A stretch of 64,000 bases of DNA from Mobula hypostoma (Eukaryota): positions 34,412,001 to 34,476,000 of the forward strand of contig NC_086109.1 of NCBI RefSeq assembly GCF_963921235.1, given 5' to 3'. The notes under the pieces are model-generated. The model did not search any database and was not told the origin of the DNA. It saw only the letters and a program-made list of their open reading frames with translations. Shown here in pieces: positions 52,392 through 64,000 of the stretch (its first letter is position 1; each line of letters begins with the position of its first letter). Made by a program: the position numbers and the translations under genes.

Positions 52392-52471
52392 CAGGGGTTC
52401 CCAACTTGGGGCTCACGGACTCCTTGGTTAATGGTAAAGCTTCATGTCATAAAAAAGGTTGGGAACCCTAG
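52392..52471. mobile_element. hAT/Charlie-type MITE
   Basis: TIRs CAGGGGTTCCCAAC / GTTGGGAACCCTAG. Confidence 0.75.
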
Positions 52472-52916
52472 CAATACTGGAAGTCAATTTTCATCAGTTA
52501 TATACCATTAACTCCTTTTATCTGCTCACCACTAACTGATATTATCTCCTTTTCTTTATCCTTCTAGAGTTTGTAAAAATTTCTTATTAGTTTGTTTCCT
52601 TCATTTCTTCAGTCTGTCCTTTCCTGACTATGTGCAATCACTTTGTTTTTCTGTGTCTGAGGGGACCTAGCAGCCTGACTATCCAAGATTCATGACTCTG
52701 GACTATAACAGGTATGGAAACACATGGTGATTCACTCCAGAAGAATTTCAGTTTTTCGTGCTTCTACCATTATTTAAAATGTAGAAAATATGACTTTTGA
52801 AATCACCATTTAATAAATAATAACATTTTCATGTTGACTCTAGGCTGCTTGAGAAGTAATTTTTCTCTTGGTTGATGAGACAACTGTTAGTTGGGTTATG
52901 TAGGGTCACGCAAGAT

Positions 52917-52986
52917 CAAGTATTCCCAACCTGGACACCATGTTACTGGTAGGAGTTCATGGCATGAAAAAGATTGGGGACCCCTG
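52917..52986. mobile_element. Second copy of the same hAT MITE
   Basis: TTCCCAACCT...TTGGGGACCCCTG; 8-bp flanks CGCAAGAT / AGCTAGAT. Confidence 0.6.
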
Positions 52987-53343
52987 AGCTAGATGAATGA
53001 CAGAAATGGGCATTCAACCCAAACAGAGCATGCCGGTGTTTATGCAGCACATGATCCTCCACCCACCGTTCATCATGTAAACTTCTGCATGATTTTCTCA
53101 ATTCCCTTCTGTATTTTGTTATCCAGCTACATTAAGAACTACTCTGTAAGTCAGGTATACGGGGGGTGGGGGCTGTTGTCCATCGTTATGGAAATTGGAC
53201 CTTACACTAATTCCTCCAAATACTTTAAGGTACTTTTCAAGCTAGTAATAATAATAAAATGGTTTATGGTAGTTATTACTGACTAGAAATGGGAAATGTT
53301 GGAATGATTGTTCAATGAAATGAAAGAAATGTAGTAAGAAGAC

Positions 53344-54041
53344 ATGGCCTTCTATATACTGGTGAGACCCGACGCGGACTGGGAGATGGTTTCACTGAAC
53401 ACCTACGCTCTGTCCGCCAGAGAAAGCAGGATCTCCCAGTGGCCACACATTTTAATTCCACGTCCCATTCCCATTCTGATATGTCTATCCACGGCCTCCT
53501 CTACTGTCAAGATGAAGCCACACTCAGGTTGGAGGAACAACACCTTATATTCCATCTGGGTAGCCTCCAACCTGATGGCATGAACATTGACTTCTCAAAC
53601 TTACGCTAATGCCCCACCTCCCCCTCGTACGCCATCCGTTATTTATTTATATACACACATTCTTTTTCTCTCTCTCCTTTTTCTCCCTCTGTCCCTCTTT
53701 TTCTCTCTCTCCTTTTTCTCCCTCTGTCCCTCTCACTATACCCCTTGCCCATTTCTGGGTATTCTCCCCCGCCTCCCTTTTCTTTCTCCCTTGGCCTCCT
53801 GTCCCATGATCCTCTCATATCCCTTTTGCCAATCACCTCTCCAACTCTTGCCTCCATCCCTCCCCCTCCTGTCTTCTCCTATCATTTTGGATCTCCCCCT
53901 CCCCCTCCCACTTTCAAATCCCTTACTAATTCTTCTTTCAGTTAGTCCTGACGAAGGGTCTCGGCCTGAAACGTCGACTGTACCTCTTCCTAGAGATGCT
54001 GCCTGGCCTGCTGCGTTCACCAGCAACTTTGATGTGTGTTG
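53344..54041 (+). mobile_element. Penelope-like element, 5'-truncated (GIY-YIG C-terminal part plus pseudo-LTR)
   Basis: closely matches the reverse complement of 14770-15426; internal ~35-bp tandem duplication near 53661-53732; no TSD seen. Confidence 0.92.
53944..53979 (+). ncRNA. Minimal hammerhead ribozyme motif (intact, sense)
   Basis: AGTCCTGACGAAGGGTCTCGGCCTGAAACGTCGACT. Confidence 0.8.
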
Positions 54042-54967
54042 ATGGAACAATACAGTCCAGGTAGCCACAGAAAACAAAACTTCCTGACTTAGGAAGAGCA
54101 GTTCTCAGGAATGGAGCCCTTGCTTAATGTGGGGACTACCTGCAGAGTCTTAGATTACAGATAAGCAATGTTAGTATTGAATGATAGACTGCACTAAAGA
54201 GGGTGACTGGGCTACGATGCTTCTTACATTATCAGTTGTTCTCACTTTTAACAATTGCAGGAGGAGTTAAAACTGACCCTACAAGAAGTTTTGAAGACTG
54301 GATTACTTTCTTTTGTTAACTCTCTCAACAGCTGAAATGAAGCTGTGAAGTAAATGGGAGTCTCTTATAGTCTCCAGTTTATTGCATCAGCTCCATGTTT
54401 GTCATAGTCTTTTGCATTGACTATGACAGTGCATATTGATATCCCCATAACAAAATTCTCAAAACAATCACAATCCTTCCTTGTAACCTATTATGTCTCA
54501 CATTACCGCAACACCACTTGTACTGGGGGGCAATTCACAGCAGGCAATGAACCTTACAATCAGCAGGCCTTTAGCATGTGGGATGAGTATCTGGGGGATA
54601 AAAAGAACTCCTCTGAGTTCGAGGAGGGACTGCAAGTGCCACATAGTGGAAGAGGTCAGAATCAAACCCAGTCTTGCTGGAGATGTGAGAGAGCTGCACT
54701 ACCTGCCGTGACACCGTGTTGACACTGCTCTGCTTACTCCATACTACAATTTAAGCTGACTTTGGAAACAACTGATCATTGCAACCTGTAGCCTCTAATT
54801 TGCTCTGTTTTGCCAGCTGCCATCATCAGTGTAGAAATGCCGTCACTACGTACTATAGTGAGGGCCTGACTCTGTCTGGGTCAGGGGACCATGATTTCTT
54901 GCTGTCTTTGAGCTTTCTTATCTTTAATGAGTGACAAAGATTTTGCATTATTATTTGTTCATTACAG

Positions 54968-55109
54968 GTTTGCAATTAAATTATTGGAAGATCTTGTCTT
55001 CTTTGTTGCGGATGTTCCCAACAATGGTCAGAATGTTCTGGACATCATCATGACAAAACCCAACAGAGAAAGGCAGAAACTGATGCGAGAACAAAATATA
55101 TTGAAGCAG
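54968..55109 (+). CDS. ITPR3: ITPR3 coding exon (142 nt, 2/0)
   Basis: ttacag|G TTT...CAG|gtattt; [47 protein letters not shown] with the RxxxKxxR IP3 ligands intact. Confidence 0.97.
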
Positions 55110-56261
55110 GTATTTAATCAATACCATTAGTAACAATAAAATGAATTACGTTAGACAAAACTATATTTAGACTAAAGACAACTGCTTTACCGTGATAGCA
55201 TCCAAGGTAAACACATCAAGATGAGACTTTATTTAAGATTATTCTACAGTCATTCAGTAAAGTTGCTATAATTGCTACTCGAAGTTTTCTTTATAATTTC
55301 CAGAACAGGTCACGCAGTTTTCAGCTTTCTTTAATTAATAAGAATGTAGGCCAGAATAGTTGTTATCTGTATACATGTGAGAAACAGATCACTCCATTGA
55401 TAAGTACAATATTCTCACAATCTTTCCATTTCCTACTGCAAGCAAATTTGGCTTTCTCCCTATAATGCCTCACCAGATCCTTGGGTAATGATCTGTGGTC
55501 ACCTTTTCTGGAAGGGCATCTTCAACCTTTATACAATCTCACGGAACTTGATTACTTCCCAGTCAGTCTTTTACAGCAGGGTCAGCCCAATGCTGTTACA
55601 GTTCCTGGGGTCAGAGTTCAGAGTTCAATTTTGATGCTGTAGTAAGAAGTTTGTATGTCCTTCCTGTGAGCATGTAGTTCTTATATGCACATAACAGTTT
55701 AATATGCCTCTAGTGGCTATACAAAGTATAAATCTGGAAAGCTCAGGAAGATTTTTTGCTCTGTGTTACTTGAATAAGTGCTGTCTCATTGATTAACTTG
55801 GTACTGCAGTGTTGAATAAGTGCTTTATAATTCTTATCTATAGATTTGAATGGAATTTTTCTTATCCCTGTACTATAAAATAGTTAAATACAAATTAGTG
55901 CCATCTTACTCTTCTTAGTTCTTTAACCTTAACTTTCTCTTCACTAGTAGACCCCTATAACTGTCTGTTCAACTTTCCTCTGTTCTGTCAACTCTTAATA
56001 TAACAATTGTGAAGCAACACTTTGTATGCCTCTTTCCTGACTTCTAAAAGAACCTTCGATCAAAAACACCAGAATCCAACAGGCCTGTCCCACACTGTAT
56101 CTAATTAGATAACTAAATATTGCAACCATCCTCTGGGTGAAATAATTTTTTTTTGGATCCCTTCAAAGCCTTTTACTGTTCATTGTAAAACCTATGGCAT
56201 CTAGTCTTAGACATCTCTGCCAAAAGATGAAAATATTATCCATCATTTGCTTGCATTGCAG

Positions 56262-56420
56262 ATATTTGGAATCTTGAAAGTTCCTTTTCAAGACAAAGGG
56301 GAAGGGCCCATGTTAAGGCTGGAGGAGCTGGCTGATCAGAAGAATGCACCGTATCAATACATGTTCCGTCTCTGTTACAGAGTGCTCCGGCACTCACAGG
56401 ATGACTACAGGAAAAACCAG
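56262..56420 (+). CDS. ITPR3: ITPR3 coding exon (159 nt, 0/0)
   Basis: ttgcag|ATA...CAG|gtatgg; IFGILKVPFQDKGEGPMLRLEELADQKNAPYQYMFRLCYRVLRHSQDDYRKNQ with the YRK IP3 ligands intact. Confidence 0.97.
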
Positions 56421-57477
56421 GTATGGCACATTGACTCTCTGTCATTGGTTCAGGCCCAAATCCAAAGCATGAGCTTAAATGGGAATCAATTTCTTTATTT
56501 GACCATTAGTGATGCAAAAGTACAAAGCAAACTCAAGGCTTCTGTGAAGAATTATCACGTTTTCTGGAAAGAGAAGCAAACTCAAAAGGCCGCATAAGCT
56601 GCCTTGTGATGATGTCTGGTACATCCACAGAGCTGGTGTCCATTGTCATTGTCATGTGGCCCTCTGGTTTAATCAGTTTTCTCATAGATATGTCATGGAG
56701 ATATTTTCATACTGGAATGCAAATGCTAATTAATAAAGGAAGCAATGTGAGGTGGTTTGATTAAGCAAAGTAACGCTAATTGCTCTAATACGCAAAAATA
56801 AAAACACAGGACTTAAAGATGCCATGAGCTGTACTTTCATTATTTACAAGATAGGAGAATCAGAAGTCTACTTCATCCCGTAAGATGGAACACTGAAGAT
56901 CACTGACGATGCTCAGTGCTTTTGAAATATCTCATTTTGAATGTATTTTATGGAGCTCTCAGACAACAGGATAAAAGGTTTCCCCAGAGGGACAGGTCTG
57001 CAGGACTTGTCTTTCATTCATGAATTCTTTATGACTGTGCTGCTCAAACCTAGGAACACTTGTTATCAGCAGTAAGGCATTTCTTTTTCAGCCTTAAATG
57101 CAGATTCCACAGGTACAAGAGTCTTTTCGGTTGACTGAAACAGAAGGATTGCCTTCGCATTCTTCTGTCCGTCTCCAGCTACCAGCATTCAGGGTTAGAA
57201 ATGAAAATGCCTTGTGATTCCCTTCTATCTACCACCTTGGCACTACTTGTGATATTGTCTGAGGCCTGCCAGCCTTCATGCCCGAGTTGCTACTTATCAC
57301 AAGTAGTACTGTGTCAGAAGTGATAATTCGTAAAACCTCCCTCTGAAAGAACACATTTGAATCAATGATTTTATGAGCCATTTGGCTGTTCTGGAATGTT
57401 GTCTTGATGAGGGAGGAAATTATAGTAAGAAGAGTTGAGCGGTTTGGAGTGATATTTTCCTGTTGTTATTGTCATAG

Positions 57478-57650
57478 GAACACATAGCTAAGCAATTTGG
57501 AGTGATGCAGTCTCAGATTGGTTATGACATCTTGGCTGAAGACACAATCACAGCTCTTCTCCACAATAACAGAAAACTTTTGGAGCAACATATCACAAAG
57601 ACAGAGATTGAAACCTTTGTCACACTAGTGAGGAAGAACAGAGAACCTAG
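57478..57650 (+). CDS. ITPR3: ITPR3 coding exon (173 nt, 0/2)
   Basis: tcatag|GAA...AG|gtaaga; [57 protein letters not shown](R). Confidence 0.97.
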
Positions 57651-58375
57651 GTAAGAACTTTTTTCTTTGTGTCCATCTACTTGAGTTCGAGCTTATTCCA
57701 TCGGTGGGCACAATGCGAAAGCTCACAGGTTAGTCTTGGCCTGATTCCAAACAGTGTCTGGGCAGTTTTTGGGCAACAAATGAAGGAAAGGTGTTGCAAA
57801 ATCTGCATATTCTGTCCCTTGATATTATGGCAGGTGTGAGATGTTTTTAAAACAGCCCCACTTCCCTGTGTCAGTGAATCTCATCATTTACCGATGGAAC
57901 CTATCCAGGTAGGATGATGCCCATTCATTTTTCAGGCCAGCTCATTCAACCCAGTCACTGTGTAGTTTATGTTCATTTTTGTCAAAAATTTCAAGTCAAA
58001 CTTCTTAGAAACTTCTACGGAGAGAATTCCCATTAGACTCCAGACATTGGGATGTATTGTGAAGAGGTAGGTTATGCTTGGTTCAATATCTTACTTGCCT
58101 ATTAAATGGATATAAAGTGTCCTGTGACACTGCCCAAAGACATGGAAGTTCTCCATTGCTACACTCAAAACTCTTTCATCAATCAAGATCAACAAATAAA
58201 AATGAGATTAAATAGCTATGATGGGAATTTCATTCCAGCTTTCAAGATGTTATGGATCCAAGTTGATCGTTATGTATAAAATTTACTACACTCCATAATA
58301 ATTAAATGTGCCTTTTGTTTTACGAGATGGCTGTATTTTGAACTTGGTACTCACCCATAAAACTAGCAGTGTGAA

Positions 58376-58506
58376 ACTTTCAAATCCCTTACTCACTCTT
58401 CCTTCAGTTAGTCCTGACGAAGGGTCTCGGCCTGAAATGTCGACTGCACCTCTTCCTACAGATGCTGCCTGGCCTGCTGCGTTCACCAGCAACTTTGATG
58501 TGTGTT
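58376..58506 (+). mobile_element. Penelope-like pseudo-LTR fragment with hammerhead (58410-58445, ACGU changed to AUGU)
   Basis: matches 16113-16242; TSD G(C/T)AGTGTGAA. Confidence 0.88.
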
Positions 58507-59985
58507 GTAGTGTGAATTAATTTCCATTTATTTCTTATGGTTTCTATAATAACTGATTTAATCTCATCTCCTGTTTTGGTTCTGAAATCCAATATGAACA
58601 AATCACAATATTGTCCTTCAAGTAAGATCATTTACCATTTTTAGCTCATCTGGTAACTTCAGACATCCAGCACTGTGTGTTAATTCTTCATAGGTCACTG
58701 ATGTGCAAGAAATAATTAAGTGTGACCATGGCAGTAATGGCCATATCCTGTGAAAATAAAGAATGCTTTTCTTCAGTCTCGCCAAAACAAGTGGCTGGAC
58801 ATTAAAACTCTAATAATCAATTTTTCAACAATTTGAAATCCAGATGGTTTGACATCTGGTTCATTCATTCAGTAATGTTTGGCTCACTCCTTTCCCACTT
58901 ATTGAGGCCTCAGTTATTATATTACCTACCCACTCATCAGAACTCTGGGACTTAACCTGTTTATATAGTATTTGTCATAATACTGTGTAATATCCTTAAA
59001 AGAAATATGTTTAAAGTGTTTTGGGTTATTGTAACATACAATAGTTAGACAAATCTGGTAATCCAGCAGATTGTTGGAGTTACATAGCTAAACACTTATT
59101 CATTTTTTGCAATTGGAAAAAGACAATGTACGATATTGTAAACAGAAGAGGCATATATTTCTCTGATTACTTCCCATTAAGTCCAAAAGAGAAGGAGTGT
59201 AAAGTAATACTAAAGATCATTTTTCTCATGGTGAGATAAAGTCATGTAAAATTTAGTCTTTTTAAAATCCCTGTGCAAAGATACAGTGCTCTAATTTACT
59301 GTTTCATTTCAAAGCATCTTGCTTTATGTGTGCCCAATTATTCATTCATTTAATGAGATCATGGCTGACCTTTGATCTGTATTCATTATAGATTCTATTA
59401 ATAAATATTTATCAACCACAGATTAAAAGCTGACAATCTAACATTTGCCATTTTTGAAATGGTATTCCAATCATGAGCTACCTTTGCATATAGTCATATT
59501 TCTAACTTTTCTTCTTAAAGGCTTGGATGCAATCTGTTGAGTGCAACCCTATTTCTAGACTCCTTAATCAGTGGAAATAGTGTGCCCAGAGAGAACTTTC
59601 AAATTCCTTTTAATATCGTGAAAAGTTTGATCAAACCACTCCCTAATCTTCCAGGTTCCCAGGATGGCACACCTAGGTTGCATTGTTTTCTCTTTGTGGG
59701 TCTAGTAACTCTTCATTTGGTGTTTTTAGTCAATGATATTGGTGGAATTTCAGATATATGTAGGCCAGACAGAGTTAGAACATCAGATTCCCATTTCTAA
59801 AGGACATTAGTAAATATATTGGGTTATATGCCACTAGACTAGAGCATCTTTATGGTCACAGTTACCTACCTTTACTTTCTTTTGAAATAAATGTTTTGTG
59901 GGTTAAAGTAAAAAAACCAATAGAATGAAGGGATAAATGAAATAAACTTTTTTATCAGTGTTCCCTAATTGTACTTTTTTGATAG

Positions 59986-60105
59986 ATTTCTAGATTATTT
60001 GTCCGATCTCTGTGTGTCAAATCACGTTGCCATTCCAGTGACCCAAGAGCTAATCTGCAAATGTGTGCTGGATCCCATGAATGAAGACATTCTCATTAAA
60101 ACTGA
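59986..60105 (+). CDS. ITPR3: ITPR3 coding exon (120 nt, 2/2)
   Basis: ttttttgatag|A TTT...GA|gtaagt; [39 protein letters not shown](E). Confidence 0.96.
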
Positions 60106-60263
60106 GTAAGTTAATGATATTTACCTAAATATGAATTAATACTTTTATAGGGTAATGCTGATGTTGCTAATTAATTCTCTTTTTTTGTATGTAATCTTAT
60201 TTAATTTGTGAATGACTCCAAAATGGCTGGACTGATGGACAATGAAGAAATCTGTCTAATATA

Positions 60264-60340
60264 CAGGCAGTCCCCGAGTTACGAACGTCCGACTTACGAA
60301 TAACCCGTACTTACCAACAACCTGTCATAAAGGCTATTAT
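60264..60340 (+). mobile_element. Tigger-type TIR fragment
   Basis: TA|CAGGCAGTCCCCGAGTTACGAAC; no partner TIR seen. Confidence 0.6.
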
Positions 60341-61833
60341 ACTCTACACAAAAAGCTGGAGGAAGTCAGCAGGTCAGGCAGGATGTAGGAAGCTAGAGAA
60401 AGTACAGAAAACATTACCAAGGATGTTGCTGGGGCTAGAGTGCTTGAGTTAGGAGATACTGGGTAGGTTGGGATTGTTTTCCCTGGAGTGAAAGGGGCTG
60501 AAAGGTAATCTTGCAGATTTATAAAGTCACGATGGATGGGTGGGTGGCCACTGACTGGAAGGTTGTTCACACAGTATGGTGGGTATGTGGAATGAAGTGG
60601 TAGGGGAGGGTACAGTTTCAACATTTAAATGACTATTGGATAGTGAAAAAGGATCTAGTGCTTTCCCAGCTGATGAAGATAGCAGAGCTTGTCATCAAAA
60701 CATCTGTCATAATCGATACCTGTACCAGCTTGAAAGCCCGAGAAGAGTTTATTAGACAATTGGATTGGATTATTGTGACTGCTTAACTGGGCCAGATGGA
60801 AACTGTAGCTGAGTGATATAAAAGGTCTTTATTCAGCAAGCAGAATTTGTGGAGAGGTATTCTATTTCCCCTCTCTTGACAAAATGTTTTAATCTATTTC
60901 AACCTAAAGACAATGGTCAATGATTATCTACACTTCCAATCGCTCTTACTTACTTTAACATTTTCAGCATAGACAGATAACTTCGTAGAACTACATATTT
61001 ACACTTTCTAACAAGCAGAACCCCTTGGAATATTCAAATACTGGTGGCTAGTCCAACAGTTTCTGATCACAAACTTACAAATTATGCCTCATCTCTTACA
61101 GTGTTGAAGGATAGCTTACTGAATATGCAATTAGCCAGAATATTAAATGGCAAACAGATATGTTGTGAACTGTGCATTATATAGCTGAAAATGTATCAAT
61201 GTGTCAATGTGAAAAATTTCCCTAATTTCATCCTGAAGTATCACAAAGTCATCTGCTATCTTCCATGTGTAGTTTCAATGGTTATAAAGCAGAATGTCCC
61301 ACACACAGTGATTTGCTTTGAAAGCCTTGAAATATCAGTTAGAAATGAATTATGAACCAGTTTTATCTATTGAAGACTGGTTCTTATTTGAATTACTATC
61401 TGCTATTCAGTTTCCTGACACCTGAATATTCCCTAACAGGTCCATGGATAAGATTTTGTTAATCAATTTAGTGATGGTCTTTTAAAACAATATCAGCTCT
61501 GTGCACATCACCCATTTATTTCATTCAGAACTTCTATCTTTATTTTATTATACTGATGGAGTTATGCTATTTTGAAGGATAAGAGACAGAGGTGCAGTGC
61601 GGAGAGGAGGAAAGTTGCCTTCTTGATGAAAGAAGGCGTAACAACTGTCATTGGAGAAGATATTCTTGGGGGACCATTCAGTGAGACCAGACGGGTAGAA
61701 CTTGGAAATAAGATGGATGGTCACTCTGATTGTGTTGTACTTTGCATGCCATACCCCATATCACACGTCAATGAAATTTGTAGAAGCTATGTAGAAGAAT
61801 TGCAGATAGCTGTAAACATAATAAGGGAGTATT

Positions 61834-61978
61834 TAAACGCAAACAACAGGAATTCTGCAGATGCCGGAAATTCAAGCAACATACATCAAAGTTGCTGGTG
61901 AACGCAGCAGGCCAAGCAGCATCTATAGGAAGAGGTGTAGTCGACGTTTCAGGCCGAGACCCTTCGTCAGGACTAGAC
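61834..61978 (-). mobile_element. Penelope-like short insertion with intact antisense hammerhead (61939-61974)
   Basis: matches 14734-14867; 9-bp TSD GGGAGTATT; sits in a decayed CR1-like segment. Confidence 0.88.
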
Positions 61979-62371
61979 GGGAGTATTAGTGGAGTGTTAG
62001 TGGGAACTTCAATACTAACAGAGCCAATTATTGTATAAATGGCTGTGCCCAAGAAACCTTACTCTATCGATATTTAAAAGGGACAACAGAAGCCAGTGCA
62101 ATACTGGATCTCCTTCTAGGAATGAGCTAGGATAAGTGGTGGAAGAGTCTGTAACTGAGCACTTTGACGATAGTTCTATTAGTTTCTAAATAGATATGTA
62201 GGAAGATATGACTGGTTCACAGGAAAAGTTCCTGAACTGGAGCAGAGAAAATTTTGGAACCATTAGGCAGGATCTTGCAGTGATTGATTGAGTGAGATTA
62301 TTTGCAGGGAAATGATCTTCAGACAGACTAGTTATTAGACCATGACTCTAATAAAGGAAAGATAATTCAGA

Positions 62372-62593
62372 CACAAGAAAATCTGCAGATGCTGGAAATC
62401 CAAAGCAACACAGACAAAATGCTGGAGGAACTCAGCGGGCCAGGCAGCATCTATGGAAAAGAGTAAACAGTTGAAGTTTCATGCCGAGATATCAGTCTTC
62501 ATGAAGGGACTCAGCCTGAAACGTCCACTGAATACTCTTTTCCATAGCTGCAACCTGACTTGCCGAGTTCCTGCATCGTTTTGTGTGTGTTGC
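62372..62593. mobile_element. Penelope-like palindromic mini-insertion
   Basis: inverted arms; TSD AAAGATAAT(T/C)CAGA. Confidence 0.85.
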
Positions 62594-63035
62594 AAAGATA
62601 ATCCAGAGCCTGAATTAAATATATAGGTTTTGTGCATCTGGACTGGCACTCTCATAAAACAGCATGATCAAAATAATCAGCTGTTATAATTTGCCTATTG
62701 TTCTACATTCAAAGTATTCTTCAATTGTGGGGCTTTAGCAATCTTCTTAAGTTTGTTGTATTTTAAACATTTCAATACGTATGCATAGTGTAATTGCAGC
62801 TGTTTGGTGATGGATACATCATGTCTTGCTTTTTGTCCCTTTTTAAAATAAAAAAAGCAGCAGATTTACTGATCTTGGAAGTACGAGTAACATCAATAAA
62901 CAAAATCACAATTGGGAAAACGTTGGGAAATGCTGTTAATTCCATCACCTGAAAGTAGGTTTAAGGTGCATGTTTGAAGAGAGTGATCCCAAATTTCTCT
63001 GGAAATTTGTCAAGCACATTCTGAGGTTTTACTTG

Positions 63036-64000
63036 GAAACATAGAAAATAGGTGCAGGAGTAGGCCATTCGGCCCTTCAAGCCTGCATAGCCATTCAGTA
63101 TGATCATGGCTGATCATCCAACTCAGAACCCTGTACCTGCCTTGCCCCCACACCCGCTGATCCCTTTAGCCACAAGGGCCACATCTAACTCCCTCTTAAA
63201 TATCGCCAATGAACTGGCCTCAACTGTTTCCTGTGGCAGAGAATTCCACAGATTCACCACTCTCTGTGTGAAGAAGCTTTTCCTAATCTCGGTCCTAAAA
63301 GGCTTCCCCTTTATCCTCAAACTGTGACCCCTCGTTCTGGACTTCCCCAACATTGGGAACAATCTTCCTGCATCTAGCCTGTCCAATTCCTTTAGGATTT
63401 TATGCGTTTCAATAAGATTCCCCCTCAATCTTCTAAATTTCAATGAGTATAAACCTAGTTGATCCAGTTTTTCATCATATGAAAGTCCTGCCATCCCAGG
63501 AATCAATCTGGTGAACCTTCTTTGTACTCCTTCTATGGCAAGGATGTCTTTCCTCAGATTGGGGGACCAAAACTGCACACAATACTCCAGGTGTGGTCTC
63601 ACCGAGGCCTTGTACAACTGCAGTAGTACCTCCCTGCTCCTGTACTCGAATCCTCTCACTATGAATGCCAGCATACCAACATTTGCCTTTTTCACCGTCT
63701 GCTGTACCTGCATGCCCACTTTCAATGACTGGTGTATAATGACACCCAGGTCTCGTTGCACCTCCCCTTTTCCTAATCAGCCACCACTCATATAATAATC
63801 TGTTTTCCTGTTTTTGCCACCAAAGTGGATAACCTCACATTTATCCACATTAAATTGCATCTGCCATGAATTTGCCCACTCACCTAACCTATCCAAGTCA
63901 CCCTGCATCCTCTTAGTATCCTCCTCACAGCTAACACTGCTGCCCAGCTTCGTGTCATCCGCAAACTTGGAGATGCTGCATTTAATTCCCTCATCTAAGT
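63036..64000 (-). mobile_element. CR1-like LINE 3' end, young, running off the window
   Basis: minus ORF 63123-63761 (QRDLGV, RPHLEYCVQFWSP, RTRGHSL); KFADD at ~63955-63969; TTTCTATGTTTC tail. Confidence 0.93.

Noticed and set aside
27732..60105. Assignment to ITPR1 or ITPR2
   Set aside because: [37 protein letters not shown] and EHIAKQFG fit type 3.
60774..61302. Solo LTR
   Set aside because: TG...CA ends and a minus-strand AATAAA are present, but there is no TSD or convincing terminal repeat.
1..64000. CRISPR array, operon or bacterial defence/retron system
   Set aside because: This is a spliced vertebrate gene; there are no regularly spaced repeats, and all RT and nuclease fragments belong to eukaryotic TEs.

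Overview
Eukaryotic (vertebrate) genomic DNA, most likely a cartilaginous fish (ray/shark; inferred from the repeat mix only). The window lies inside one large + strand gene, inositol 1,4,5-trisphosphate receptor type 3 (ITPR3). Thirteen consecutive GT-AG coding exons between 27732 and 60105 splice in frame and cover the end of the suppressor domain, the IP3-binding core and the start of the armadillo region. I found no exon in the first 27.7 kb, which appears to be one long intron. The introns are packed with transposable elements: Rex1/Babar, CR1 and RTE LINEs, RTE-derived and V-type SINEs, two decayed Gypsy elements, a solo LTR, Tigger/Tc1/hAT DNA elements, and more than 10 insertions of a Penelope-like (GIY-YIG) family. 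The Penelope-like family is the most interesting system here. Its copies carry minimal hammerhead ribozyme motifs and form fold-back (inverted) insertions, most bounded by target-site duplications (TSDs). They range from a 38-bp tail-only insert to a 1.5-kb very young copy, and one hairpin begins essentially at the predicted ribozyme cleavage site. No prokaryotic system or CRISPR array is present, and most listed ORFs are spurious or TE-derived.
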